Positions 1-12,074 of a stretch of DNA of 64,000 nucleotides are shown here, piece after piece. Every line of letters begins with the position of its first letter. Within the stretch, counting starts at the first letter, position 1. This stretch comes from Malacoraja senta. Its lineage: Eukaryota. The translations under genes were made by a program, and so were the position numbers. The stretch covers positions 4,838,001 through 4,902,000 of the forward strand of contig CM075997.1 of assembly GCA_038087875.1 (NCBI GenBank), read 5' to 3'. The notes below the pieces were generated by a model. It made no database searches. It saw only the letters and a program-made list of their open reading frames with translations, and had not been told where the DNA came from.

Positions 1-250
1 TCTACTACTTACACCCTGGTCATTCCCACTCCTCCCCTTTCCCATCAGGCAGAAGATACAAAAACTTGAAAGCACGCACCACAGGATTCAGGAATAGTTT
101 CTTCCCTGCTGTTATCAGACTATTGAATGTCTTCCCATAAAATCAGTTTTAATCCTGATCTTCCAACCTGCCTCATTCCAGATCTTGCGCTTTTTTATCT
201 GCACTTTCTGTGTAACCGTACACTTTCATGCTGTAACACTATATTATGAT
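1..250 (+). mobile_element. Rex1/Babar-like LINE 3' fragment
   Basis: Degenerate match to the HPGH..LPSGRRY..RFRNSFFP terminus also seen at 30140-30300 and 48180-48290. Confidence 0.55.
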
Positions 251-664
251 CAGTCTGAGGTAGGGTCTCGGCTCAAAGCGTCACCCATTCTTTCTCTCCA
301 GAGATGCTGCCAGTCCCGCTGAATTACTCCAGCATTTTGTGTCTGTCTTCGATTCAAACCAGCATCTGCAGTTTCTTCCTACACTAGATTCTGCACTTGA
401 CATGGATGACCTGCCCTATGACAAATGTGGACAATTTAACAGACGGCACCTCCAACAGTGCGCCATTCACATCCTGCACAGCTCGAGCAGTTTTTGTGGT
501 CGACCCTCTGAGAGGCTGTCTAATTCACTGCCTTCAAATCCCTTTGCAAAACATCCAATTGCTTCACATCTGAAGGGATCTCGCCTCCGAGTTAAGTTCA
601 CCAACAAGTCCCTAAAAGCCTTAGAAAGAATCTTCATCAGTCAGAGTATTGAGTATAGAAACGA

Positions 665-855
665 AGGAAGGAACTGCAGATGCTGGTTTAAATTGAAGAT
701 AGACACAAAATGCTGGAGTAACTCAGCGGGACAGGCAGCATACTGAACTTTGAAACATCATGAAGAAGGGTCTTGACGCGAAACATCACCCATTCCTTCT
801 CTCCAGAGATGCTGCCTGTCGTGCTGAGTTAGTCCAGCATTTTGTGTCTACCTTT
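665..855. mobile_element. Penelope-derived short inverted (head-to-head) repeat
   Basis: ggaactgcagatgctgg...gagtaactcagcgggacaggcagc followed by the reverse-complement arm; same family as the 3' end of the GIY-YIG element at 10930-11675. Confidence 0.7.
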
Positions 856-1065
856 TTTTCTCAGTTATTATATTATTTACAGAGTACCATGTTGACATAT
901 TCTGTTGTGCTGCTGCAAGTAAGAATTTCGTGCTTCTACCTGGGACATATGACAATAAAACTCTTTTGACTCTTTGATTCTCCAGATTCGAGCCCTTTCT
1001 TCATAGGCAGGGGTCCATAACACAAGCCAACGATGCATTATTGAGAGGGTGTAGAACTATCACAT

Positions 1066-1400
1066 GGCATAGATAGAGTGGATGTGGAGAGGATGTTTCC
1101 ACTGGTGGGAGAGTCTAGGACCAGAGGTCACAGCCTCAGAATTAAAGGATGCTCTTCTAGAAAGGAGGTGAGGAGGAACTTCTTTAGTCAGAGGGTGGAA
1201 CTCATTGCCACAGAGGGCTGTGGAGGCCATGTCAGTGGATATTTTTAAGGCAGAGATAGACAAATTCTTGATTAGAACGGGCGTCAAGGGTTATGGGGAG
1301 AAGGCAGGAAAATGGGATTAGGAGGCAGAGATCAGCCATGGTTGAATGGTGGAGTGGACTCGATGGGCCGAATGGCCTAATTCTACCCCTGAACTTGTGA
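1066..1400 (+). mobile_element. CR1-clade LINE 3' fragment
   Basis: Encodes DRVDVERMFPLVGESRTRGHSLRIKG...GYGEKAG, the CR1 ORF2 C-terminus, followed by the 3' UTR. Confidence 0.85.
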
Positions 1401-2301
1401 ATGTGAGCTTTATCTCTGGTTGAGACATTAATCTAACAGTTGGAAATAAAAACAGCTCACGGCAGCTATTTGAAGACAAGCAAGGAGGTTTTCCGTAAAT
1501 TCCAGGAAACATTTATCGATTTTCAATTACCAAATTAATTAAGGATGTTGATGTACCTGAGATTCATCGGGTTCAGAAAAACGCACTGATACAGCCTTGT
1601 TCACAGGATGGGATCAATAGTGAAGTCACAGGAACTTCACTGCGATAAGATGATGGGAGGATCTTTGCGGGTGACGGGAAATGTAAGAATGATAATAGTG
1701 AGTTGAGGATTCATGAACCAGAGGTTTAAGGTGAGGGGGAAAGATTTAATAGGAACCTGAGGGGTAACTTTTTCACACAAAGGGTGGTAGGTATATGGAA
1801 CGAGCTGCCAGAGGAGGTAGTTGAGGCAGGGACTATGAAGAAGGGTCTCGACCCGAAAAGTCACCTATTCCTTCGCTCCATAGATGCTGCCTCACCCGCT
1901 GAGTTTCTCCAGCATTTTTTGTCTACCTACAACATTTAATAAGCTCTTTTAAAAGGGTGAGGAGGAACTTCTTTAGTCAGAGGGTAATAGGAACTCATTG
2001 CCACAGAGGGCTGTGGAGGCCAAGTCAGTGGATATTGTTAAGGCTGAGATAGACAAGTTCTTGATTAGAACGGGTGTCAAGGGAAGGCAGGAAAATGGGG
2101 TTGGGAGGCAGAGGTCAGCCATGATTGAATGGCGGAGTAGACCCGATGGGCCGAATGGCCGAATTCTACTCCTATAACTTGTGAACATTTAAAAAAACAT
2201 TTGGACAGGTACATGGATCAGTAGATAGTGTGGATGGGACATGTAGGTCGGCGTGGGCAAGTTCAGCTGAAGGTCCTGTTTGACTCTATGACTGTGACTA
2301 A

Positions 2302-3075
2302 AAGGCCTGTCCCACTTGGATGAACTAATCCACCAGTTTAGAAGACCCTAGACGAGTTGAAAAAAATGTCAAGGTCATGTTGACTCGCCAAAGTAACCTT
2401 GTCTATGTCTATGTCTACGACCTCCTACGACTATGTCTACGACCTCCTACGACCCCCCTCGACCTCAGTCTTCCACAACTAAGACCAACTACGACTGGCT
2501 ACGTGTGGAAATGATCAACATAATAAAATGATGTCATGTTTGCATTTTTTTTCTCGGGCCAGTTACTGACCTACGACTTACCTACGACTATCTACGACTA
2601 TCTACGACTTACCTACGACTTACCTACGACTTACCTACGACTTACCTACGACTTACCTACGACTTACCTATGACTTACCTACGACTATCTACGACTTACC
2701 TACGACTACCTACGACTATCTACGACTATCTACGACTTACCTACGACTACCCACGACTACCTACGACTATCTACGACTTACCTACGACTACCCACGACTA
2801 CCATCACGACTACTACAACCTACCTATGACCTACCCACGAGTAAAAAGTGTACATTTTTTCCATGCCGGCCTTTTTTTTACTCGTGGACATTTTTTATCA
2901 GGCTGGAAAAAACGCCGCGACCTACTTGAGGCCACGAGTACACGGAGACCACTCACAAGCATGAGGATGAGTTACAAAGACCTCCTACGACCTCGTGGCG
3001 ACCTTGCTGCGAGAATGAGTCAAGGGCAAACTCGGCAGAGGTCGCCAATTAGGTCGTGAAAGTGGGACAGGGGCT
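2302..3075. mobile_element. PIF/Harbinger-type MITE with internal 11-bp tandem array
   Basis: TIRs aaggcctgtcccact / agtgggacaggggct flanked by TAA on both sides; internal (cgacttaccta)n at about 2568-2830. Confidence 0.8.
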
Positions 3076-3874
3076 TAAGCCAAAATGTAACTGGTTTCAC
3101 ACAAAGGGTGGGTGTACGGAAGGAGCCGCCGGAGGAGGTTGTTGAGGCAGAGACTATCGCAACGTTTAAGAAACAGTTAGACAAGTACGTGGATGGGACA
3201 GGTTTGGTGGGATATGGAGCAAGCGCAGGCAGGTGGGGCTAGTGTAGCTGGGGCATGTTGGTCAGTGTGGGCAAGTTGGGCCGAAGGGCCTGTTTCCACA
3301 TTATATGACCCCATGAATAATGGATTACTGGGCAAGTATAAAACGCCAAAATATTACAATGAGATACTCGTGACTCTAGTTGGGGGAGAAGATAGAGTGA
3401 GAAAGCAAGACACTTGAAGATGTAGGAAAAGAGAGAACATTCATTCCAAAGAAGGGTCCCGACCTGAAACGTCCCCTATCCATCTTCTTCAGAGATGTTG
3501 CCTGACCCGCCGAGTTACTCCAGCACTGTGTGTCTTTTTGTGCAAACCGGCACCTGCAGTTCCTTGTTTCGATATAACGAGAGGTAAGGATGAACGCAGA
3601 GGGTGTGAATGAAAATAGAGGAGAGCAAGGGGACGGAGGGAGAGAGAGAGATGGATCGAGAGAGAGAAAGAGAGTGGGAGAAGAGACGAGGACAAGTGTA
3701 GAGCAGGAAGAAAAGAAGGGCTGCAGGTATAGATGTTACAGCAATAAGTGAGGAAATCTCTGAGGATATCAGTGTTAGGGTCAGGGTGTGGAGCATCTTC
3801 GAGTTATGATAAACATGGGCTTCACTGAGGAGACACATGACCTTAGATGCTGCTTTAAAGAGCATAATACTAAA

Positions 3875-4215
3875 TGTGTAGGAAGGAACTTCAGATGCTG
3901 GTTTAAATCGAAGATAGACACAAAAAGCTGGAGTAACTCAGCGGGACAGGCAGCATCTCTGGAGAGAAGGATTGGGTGACGGTTCGGGTCGAGACCTTTC
4001 TTCAGCCCATTCCTTCTGTCCAGAGGTGCTGCCTGTCCCGCTGAGTTACTCCAGCTTTCTGGAGAAAAGGAATAGGTGACGTTTCTCCAGAGATGTGTAG
4101 GAGAAGGGTCTCGACCCGAAACGTCGCCCATTCCTTCTCTCCAGAGATGCTGCCTGTCCCGCTGAGTTACTCCAGTATTTTGTGTCTGTCTTGGGAGTAA
4201 ACCAGCATCCGCAGT
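3875..4215. mobile_element. Penelope-derived inverted repeat cluster
   Basis: Family consensus present in both orientations with partial duplication. Confidence 0.7.
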
Positions 4216-4607
4216 GTCTATGTTCAGCCTAAAACTAATGGCTGCAGTAACTCAGCTGGGTGAGCAGCCTCTGTGGAGGGAAAGTAATTCTCCCCACTCC
4301 GCTCCTTCCCCTACAGATGCTGCCTGACCCACTGACTTCCTTGAGAAGATGTCCTTCACTGAGGTATGGCACAAAATGCTGGAGTAACTCAGCGGGACGA
4401 CAGCGTCTCTGGAGAGAAGGAATGGGTGACGTTTCGGGTCGAGACCCTTCTTCAGATTGTGTTCATTGTTCCGTTTTTGCGTTAATATGACAACTGAACA
4501 TTCTTGACGTTTGTGTCTGAGATGGAGAAGCTGCCTTATTGATCCGAGCAAAGTTATTTCTGTGATCAGGATTAATATCGTGGAAAGTGGGCGAGCTACA
4601 CGGTGTT

Positions 4608-4910
4608 GCACGGTGGCGCAGCGGTAGAGTTGCTGCCTCACAGCGCCAGGGACCCGGGTTCGATCCTGACTACGGGTGCTGTCTGTGTAGAGTTTGTACG
4701 TTCTCCCCGTGACCTGCGTGGGTTTTTCTCCGGGTGCTCCAGTTTCCACCCACACTCCAAAGACATACAGGTTTGTAGGTTAATTGGCTTCGGTAAGAAT
4801 TATAAATTGTCCCCAGTGTGTAGGATAGTGTTAGTGTGCGGGGATCGCTGGTTGGCGCTGACTCGGTGGGCTGACGGATCTGTTTCCGTGCTGTATCTCT
4901 AAACTAAACT
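4608..4910 (+). mobile_element. tRNA-derived V-SINE (HE1-like)
   Basis: A box tggcgcagcgg, B box ggttcgatcc, V-domain core gttctccccgtgacctgcgtgggtt...ccaaagac, CR1-like tail ending in (ctaaa)n. Confidence 0.85.
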
Positions 4911-5117
4911 GAACTGAACTAAGCTAACTAAACTTAACTGATGTGAACTGAATTGAACTAAACTAACCTAACCTAACCTAACCTAACCTAAACTAAACTA
5001 AACTAAACTGAACTGAACTAAGCTAACTAAACTTAACTGATGTGAACTGAATTGAACTAAACTAACCTAACCTAACTACCTAAACTAAACTGAACTGAAC
5101 TAACCTAACCTAACCTA
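4900..5117 (+). repeat. (CTAAA/CTGAA/CTAAC)n pentamer microsatellite, expanded SINE tail
   Basis: Seen directly, with an internal larger-scale duplication. Confidence 0.9.
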
Positions 5118-5835
5118 AGGAATAGGTGACGCTTCGGGTCGAGACCCTTCTTCAGACTGAAGACCATTGAGTATGAAGAAGGGTCTCGACCCGAAACGTC
5201 ACCCATTCCTTCTCTCCAGAGATGCTGCCTGTCCCGCTGAGTTACTCCAGCATTCTGTCTATCTTCACTTTAAACCAGCATCTGCAGTTCCTTCCTACAC
5301 ATTTCTCAGAACTACATTGGCTAGACAATTTAATAAGAGCTACCTTTGGTGAATGGCCTGCTGGTTTATGAATATTTATCAAATGATGAGCATAATATGA
5401 TGGCATTTAGCGGTGTATTTCAAAGGTGAAATAGCTATCAAGATTCTCGATTTTAATGGCACATAGTTTAGATTAGTTTAGAGATGCAGCATGGAAAGTG
5501 GCCCTTCGGCCCACCGAGTCTGGCTGCTGTCCATGTGTGTATCCAAAAGTCAGTTAAATGCCACTATTGTATCTGCCTCCACCACCACCTCTGGCAGCGT
5601 GTTCCAGGCACCCACCACCCTCTGTGGAACGAACGTGCCCCGCACATCTCCTTTAAATGTGACGAGCCCCTCATTTTTTATAATCATAGACTACATGTCT
5701 GTCGGCTGACTTCCCAAAGTCACTGATTCCCCTCAACCTCCTAAACTCCTGAATGACAAAACTAATTTTCCGATCGAAATGAATGATTCCCCAAGTGGGA
5801 AAATAGTGGTATCAATATTGGCTTATTATTATCAA

Positions 5836-6120
5836 GCGGCACGGTGGCACAGCGGTAGAGTTGCTGCCTCACAGCGCCAGGGACCAGGGTTCGATCCCGA
5901 CTACAGGTGCTGTCTGTATGGAGTTTGCACGTTCTCCCCGTGACCTGCGTGGGTTTTCTCCAGGAGTTCCGGTTTCCTCCCACACTCCAAAGACGTACAG
6001 ATTTGTAGGTTAGTTGGCTTAATTGTAAATGTTACCTAGTGTGTAGGTTAGTGCTAGTGTACGGGATGATCCTGGTCAGTGCGGACTTGGTGGGCTGAAG
6101 GGCCTGTTTCTCTCAAGTCT
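5836..6120 (+). mobile_element. tRNA-V SINE (HE1-like)
   Basis: Same consensus as 4608-4910. Confidence 0.85.
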
Positions 6121-6158
6121 AAATTAAAGTCTCAATGAACATGCCCATCCTTTCTTTT

Positions 6159-6508
6159 TAGTTTAGTTTAGTTTAGTTTAGTTTAGTTTAGTTTAGTTTA
6201 GTTTAGTTTAGAGATACAGCACAGAAACTGGCCCTTCGGCCCACCGAGTCCACACTGACCAGCGATCCCCGCACACTAACACTATCCTACACACACTAGG
6301 GACAATTTACACATACACCAGGCCAATTAACCTACAAACCTGGACGTCTTTGGAGTGTGGGAGGAAACCGAAGATCTCGGAGAAAACCCACTGGTCACGG
6401 GGAGAACATGCAAACTCCGTACAGACAGCACCCGCCATCGGGATCGAACCCGGGTCCCTGGCGCTGCGAGCGCTGTAAGGCAGCAACTCCACCGCTGCAC
6501 CATCGTGG
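6159..6508 (-). mobile_element. tRNA-V SINE (HE1-like) with (tttag)n tail
   Basis: Reverse complement of the consensus. Confidence 0.85.
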
Positions 6509-6904
6509 CCGTCTCGGTTCAGTTGCGACACTGCACAACGCTCTCCCATCCTGCCCAAACATTGTGGTTCTTTTCCCAGATGATTACATGCCTATACTTT
6601 GCCCAAGGACCTTTCATCATTGAATTACACAGCGTTCCTCAGCAGGAACTGCTTGGAAGCAGGTTCTTCAGCCTGGAGTCTAGGTTGATACATATGCAGT
6701 ACATCATCTCCTCAACCCCGATCAACATTTGCTTCAGTCCCTTTCTTCCCTGTTTGCAGCTGGCTTTCCTGAAAGTATTTTTTTTCCTGGTTAGGGCCAA
6801 GAAAGCACACCAATACTTCCCCTGAAGGCCAAGGAAATTTGGCAAGTCCCCAACAACTCACCCCAATTTCTACAGATGCCCCGTAGAAAGTTTACCATTA
6901 AGGA

Positions 6905-7185
6905 GTGGCACAGAGGTAGGATTGCTGCTTTACAGTCAGAGACCCGGGTTTGATCCCGACCACGGGTGCTGTCTGTACGGAGTTTGTGCGTTCTCCCCGT
7001 GACCACGTGGGTTTTCTCCAGGTGCTCTGGTTTCCTCCCACACTCCAAAGACGTGCAGGTTGGTACGTTGATTGGCTTCGGTAAATTTGTAAATTGTCCC
7101 TAGCGTGCAGCATAGCCCCGTTGTGCCGCTGGTCGGCGCGGACTCGGTGGGCCGAAGGGCCTGTTTCAGCGCTGCATCTCTGAAG
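6905..7185 (+). mobile_element. tRNA-V SINE
   Basis: Consensus match. Confidence 0.8.
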
Positions 7186-7559
7186 TCTAGAGGATTAATC
7201 ACAGCTGGACTCTGCTCAGGGCCACGAGAAACTGCAGAGAGTTGGAAATGCAGCCCAGTTTCATCACGGAAACCAATCTCTCCCCCTCTCTCTTCATCAA
7301 CTCTACACTCCAAACTGCCTCGGGAAAGCAGCCAACATAATCAATTAGCACTCATACCATGGTCATTCTCTCCTCCATTCTCCCGTCAGGCAAAAAGGTT
7401 TAGAGTGAGGGTCATTATTGTCACCTGTACCCAGGTACAGTGACAAGCTTTTGTTTTCAGATAACACCTACACAAATCAGGTAACACTATACAAAAAAAC
7501 CCCATGAAAGCACACACCATCAGATTCAAGATTCAAGAACAGCTTCTTCCCTGCTGTTT

Positions 7560-7856
7560 TTAGTTTAGAGATACAGCGCGGAAACAGGCCCTTCGGCCCA
7601 CGGTGTCCGTGCCGACCAGCGATCCCCGCACATTAACACCACCCTACACACACTAGGGACAATTGACATTTATACCGAGCCAATGAACCTACAGCCATGC
7701 ATGTCTTTGGAGTGTGGGAGGAAACCGAAGATCTCGGAGAAAACCCACGCAGGTCACGGGGAGAACGTACAAACTCCGTACAGACAGCACCCGTAGTCAG
7801 GATCGAACCTGGGTCTCTGGCGCTGTAAGGCACCAACTCTACCGCTGTGCCACCGT
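7560..7856 (-). mobile_element. tRNA-V SINE
   Basis: Consensus match, reverse strand. Confidence 0.85.
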
Positions 7857-8084
7857 AATGACATTGTCAGACTTGTGAATAGACCTCTCATATGTTAAGG
7901 ATGAATTCCTGATCTTCCAGTCTACCTCATTGTAGTCTCTGTACTTTTTTAAAATCTGCACTTTCTCTGTAACTGTAGCACTATCTTCTGCATTCTATTT
8001 CCTTTTCTTTGCCTTCTTCCTCCTTGCACTACCTTGTTCTAACTGTGCTTGGTCGATGTGCCTGGATAGCACACACACACACAA

Positions 8085-8392
8085 GGCGGCACGGTGGTAC
8101 AGCGGTAGAGTTGCTGCCTTACATCGCCAGAGACCTGGGTTCGATCCTGACTACAGGTGCTGTCTGTGCGGAGTTTGTACGTTCTCCCCGTGACCATGTG
8201 AGGTTTTACCAGGTGCGTTGTTTCCTCCCACATTCTAAAGACGGACAGGTTTGTAGGTTAATTGAATTCTGTAAATTGCCCTTAGTGTGTGGGATAGAAC
8301 TAGTGTATGGGTGATCGCTGGTCGGAATGGACTCAGTGGGCCAAAGGGCTTGTTTCCATGCTGTATCTCTAAACTAAACTAAACCAAACTAA
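8085..8392 (+). mobile_element. tRNA-V SINE
   Basis: Consensus match with (ctaaa)n tail. Confidence 0.85.
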
Positions 8393-8769
8393 ATGAGAAG
8401 ATAGACACAAAATGCTGGAGAAAGAACTGCTGATGCTGGAAAAATCGAAGGTAGACAAAAATGCTGGAGAAACTTAGCGGGTGAGGCAGCATCTATGGAG
8501 TGAAGGGAATAGGCAACGTTTCTGGTCAAGACCCTTCTTCAGACATGATTACAATCATCCTCTCCACAGTGTACAGATTAAGGATAAAGGGAATAACGTT
8601 TAGTGCAAGGTAACGTCCGATTGAAGATAGTTTGAAGGTCTCCAATGGGCTAGAAGGTCAGTCAGGACTGCTCTCTAGTTGGTGGTAGGATGTGTCAATG
8701 AACTAATCCTTGCACTAAATGTTATTCCCTTATCATCCATCCATACACTGTAAATGGCTCGATTGTAGT

Positions 8770-8980
8770 CATGAGAGGAATCGATCGGGTAGACGCACAG
8801 AGTCTCTTGCCCAGAGTAGGGGAATCTTGGACCAGAGGACATAGGTTCAAGGTGAAGGGGAAAAGATTTAATAGGAATCTGAGGGGTAACTTTTTCACAC
8901 AAAGGGTGGTGGGTGGATGGAACAAGCTGCCAGAGGACGTAGTTGAGGCTTGGACTATCCCATCGTTTAAGAAGCAGTTA
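8770..8980 (+). mobile_element. CR1 3' fragment (GHRFKVKG subfamily), cut by a Harbinger MITE end
   Basis: MRGIDRVDAQSLLPRVGES..RGHRFKVKGKRFNRNLRGNFFTQRVV; TTA plus agggcctgtcccact at 8981. Confidence 0.8.
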
Positions 8981-9102
8981 AGGGCCTGTCCCACTTTCAC
9001 GACCTAATTCACAACCTTTTTTACCCGTGGACATTTTTCATCAGGCTAGAAAAAACGCCCCGACCTACTTGATGCCACGAGTCTTCGCAGCATCTATGGA
9101 GC

Positions 9103-9300
9103 GAAGGAATAGGTGACGTTTCGGGTCGCGACCCTTCTTCGAAGGAATAGATGACGTTTCGGGTCGAGACCCTCCTTCGAAGGAATAGGTGACATTTCGG
9201 GTCGAGACCCTTCTACGAAGGAATAGGTGACATTTCGGGTCGAGACCCTTCTTCGAAGGAATAGGTGACGTTTCGGCTCGAGACGTCACCTATTCCTTCG
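9103..9300. repeat. 38-bp tandem array of a Penelope-terminus segment, ending in a fold-back
   Basis: gaaggaataggtgacgtttcgggtcgagacccttcttc repeated four times plus a partial copy, then an inverted copy. Confidence 0.85.
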
Positions 9301-9927
9301 AAGAAGGGTCTCCACCTGAAACGTCACCAATTCCTTCGCTCCATAGATGCTGCCTCACCCGCTGAGTTTCTCCAGCTTTTTTGTCGACCCACAAAATGCT
9401 GGAGTAACTCAGCGGGTCAGGCAGCATCTCTGGAGAGAAGGAATAGGTAACTTATAGGGTCATAGAAACATAGAACATAGGTGCAGGAGTAGGCCATTCG
9501 GCCCTTCGAGGCAACACCGCCATTCAATATGATCATGGCTGATCATCCAAAATCAGTACCCCCCCCCCGTTCCTGCTTTATCCCCATGTCCATTGATTCC
9601 TTATTCCGAAGATATTCCCTTAGAATGGCCAGTAATCTTTGTCAAATCTAATAAGTACTGCTGGATAATTTTTATTTAATCATATTTTCACCTCCACAGC
9701 AGCTAAAAGAAGCTGTGTTGAAGCCACTCCAATACTTCTTCGTCTGGTTTCAATGTTGCGGGTGGCAGGGAGGGCGAAGAATGCACTCACCTCTCCGCTA
9801 ACCTTAACATGTACTCAGAGAACCTAATTTCATGGACAGCTTGCACCCAGTTGAAATAAGCTGACTGCGATTGGAGCCATGATTGCATCCGTATATGTAC
9901 TTCTCATCATGAGCCATGCTTGATGAG

Positions 9928-10499
9928 GGATGCTTAAGTCAACACCTTTGCAGTGGCTCCCTGTCCTCTCTCATATCGCCCCCTCCCAGCATACGAAGGA
10001 TGTTGAAAGATTGGTTAACCATCGAGGCTAACCCTGACCTTCCCATCCATGAACAATCTGCCCAACATGCGCCTGAAGTCCCGCAAACCCTTCTGGTGTT
10101 CCGTTAAATCCCTGGAAGACATTGGCTCCAAGACTGAGCCTGGAAAGATGCCAACACAAACAATGGAGAGGTCATCACAGACCCCACACAGTGAAACCAC
10201 CGGTGGGGTGGTCAACCCTGAACAGAATCCGCAAACAATGGCCAACCCTGAACAGAATCCGCACCCTCCATGCCAGAACAGCCCATCACCTGGATAAGTG
10301 GGGGGGTGACAGACAGCCCTGCTTGCGACTGCGGACATCCAGACCAGACCATCCCACACATCGTGAATGACTGCCCACTGGAGGCTTTTCCCTGGTGGCA
10401 TCAAAGCCATCCACCCAGTAACTGATGCTGTCCTGGCCTGGACGTCTACCCTTGGCCTACAACTTTAGGCTGTGCACGCCGCACGCAATAAGATCAAGA
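9928..10499 (+). mobile_element. RTE-X-like LINE 3' fragment (degenerate ORF2 C-terminus)
   Basis: TPLQWLPVLSHIAPPSIRR...RLKSRKPFW...ACDCGHPDQTIPHIVNDCPL (CxC..H..C knuckle); stop TAG at 10466-10468. Confidence 0.7.
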
Positions 10500-11096
10500 G
10501 CCACTGCTTATTGCCAGTAGATGTGATTCCACACGACCTGGGCAGGTTGGTGGAAGCCATCTTAGGGGTGAGAGTCAGCACCTGATTCAAGATGCAGCTT
10601 TGCGTGTCTTGCGGGATAAAGTGGGGAAGGAAGGCTCTCTACGCACAAGGACTCGCAACGTCAGCCATGTCGAGTCAACCAGCCGTGCGGGGAGGTCACA
10701 CTCAAGGTGACGTTCGGGAATGAAGCCCAAAGCTTGTTTATGCAGTACACATGAAGTTTAATTAACTCACTTGCAAGGCCTCGTTCCATGGACACATCCA
10801 TCATCATATTCCACCGTTCAGCAACTTAATGTTAGTCTCACACTATGGTCCAGGCAATACAACTCTGTCACTCATCTAAGCACAACCTTATCAATCAAGA
10901 CTTCTACATAACAACCAAACATCCCTTACAAGGTAGACAAAAATGCTGGAGAAACTCAGCGGGTGAGGCAGCATCTATGGAGTGAAGGAAATAGGCAACG
11001 TTTCGGGTCAGATGGGGGGGGGGGGCGGGAGGAAGAAAGGAAGAGGAGGAGCCAGTGGGCTGAGGGAGAGCTGGGAAGGGGAGGAGACAGTAAGGA

Positions 11097-11393
11097 CTAC
11101 CTGAAATTGGAGAAGTCAATGTCCATACCCCTGGGGTGTAAACTGCCCAAGCGAAATATGAGGTGCTGATCCTCCAATTTACAGTGGTCCTCACTCTGGC
11201 CATGGAGGAGGCCCAGGACAGAAAGGTCGGATTCGGAATGGGAGGGGGAGTTGAAGTGCTGAGCCACCGGGAGATCAGGTTGGTTATTGCGAACCGAGCG
11301 GAGGTGTTGGGCGAAGCGATCGCCAAGCCTGCACTTGGTCTCACCGATGTAGAGCAGCTGACATCTAGAGCAGCGGATGCAATAGATGAGGTT
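11097..11393 (-). pseudogene. GIY-YIG endonuclease C-terminal remnant of a Penelope-like element
   Basis: Hand translation: NLIYCIRCSRCQLLYIGETKCRLGDRFAQHLRSVRNNQPDLPVAQHFNSPSH...HLIFRLGSLHPRGMDIDFSNFR*. This frame is not in the ORF track. Confidence 0.85.
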
Positions 11394-11546
11394 GTCAGTT
11401 TGAACCCCAGCGGTAGGAACATTGACTTCTCTAATTTCAGGTAGTCCTTACTTTCTCCTCCCCTTCTCAGCTCTCCCTCAGCCCACTGGCTCTTCCTCTT
11501 CCTTTCTTCTTCCCCCCCCAACCCCCCCCTCCCCTCTCACATCAGT

Positions 11547-11574
11547 CTGAAGAAGGGTTTCAGCCCGAAACGTT
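11547..11574 (+). ncRNA. Candidate minimal hammerhead ribozyme core in the Penelope 3' UTR
   Basis: CUGAAGA-A-GGGU(UUCA)GCCC-GAAA-CGUU; helix I is weak. Confidence 0.45.
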
Positions 11575-12074
11575 GCCTATTTCCTTCGCTCCATAGATGC
11601 TGCCTCACCCGCTGAGTTTCTCCAGCATTTTTGTCTACTTTCGATTTTCCAGCATCTGCAGTTCCTTCTTAAACATTCATCTCTTACACACCTTGACAAG
11701 GACTTTCTTCAGACTGAGATTCAGGGGAGAGGGAAACTAGAGATATAAAACTAGAGTTTCATTCTGTCCCTTTTCATATCTCTAGTTTTCATCTCCCTCT
11801 GACTCTCAGTCTCAAGAAGCGTCTTGACCCGAAACGTCACCTATTCCTTTTTCTCCAGAGATGCTGCCTGAGTTACTCCAGCATTTTGTGTCTATCTTCG
11901 GTCTAAACCAGCATCGACAGTTCCTCCCGACACATTTAATAAACTAAACAAGAGTCGCCATGTTTTCCGGCCGCCATCTTGCTTTCTTCAAACTTCAGGA
12001 TTGTTCAAAATGGAGGGTCTGAACTCAACCTTGATGGCCCGTTGGCCTGAGGTCACGGGATGCGGGACTGACAT

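Larger units (their letters stand above)
10930..11675. mobile_element. Penelope-like retroelement: minus-strand 3' end joined to a plus-strand 3' end (inverted pseudo-LTR structure)
   Basis: The two arms are reverse complements over the DFSNFR* stop and 3' UTR; the minus arm carries a GIY-YIG domain. Confidence 0.85.

Noticed and set aside
2670..3059. 129-aa Thr/Tyr/Asp-rich ORF
   Set aside because: Translation of the tandem array inside a MITE.
6639..6769. Possible minus-strand terminal exon (KASCKQGRKGLKQMLIG...SSSC*)
   Set aside because: Weak polypyrimidine tract and no recognisable homology.
10904..11521. 205-aa ORF in the supplied track
   Set aside because: Off-frame read-through; the meaningful frame is the GIY-YIG remnant at 11097-11393.
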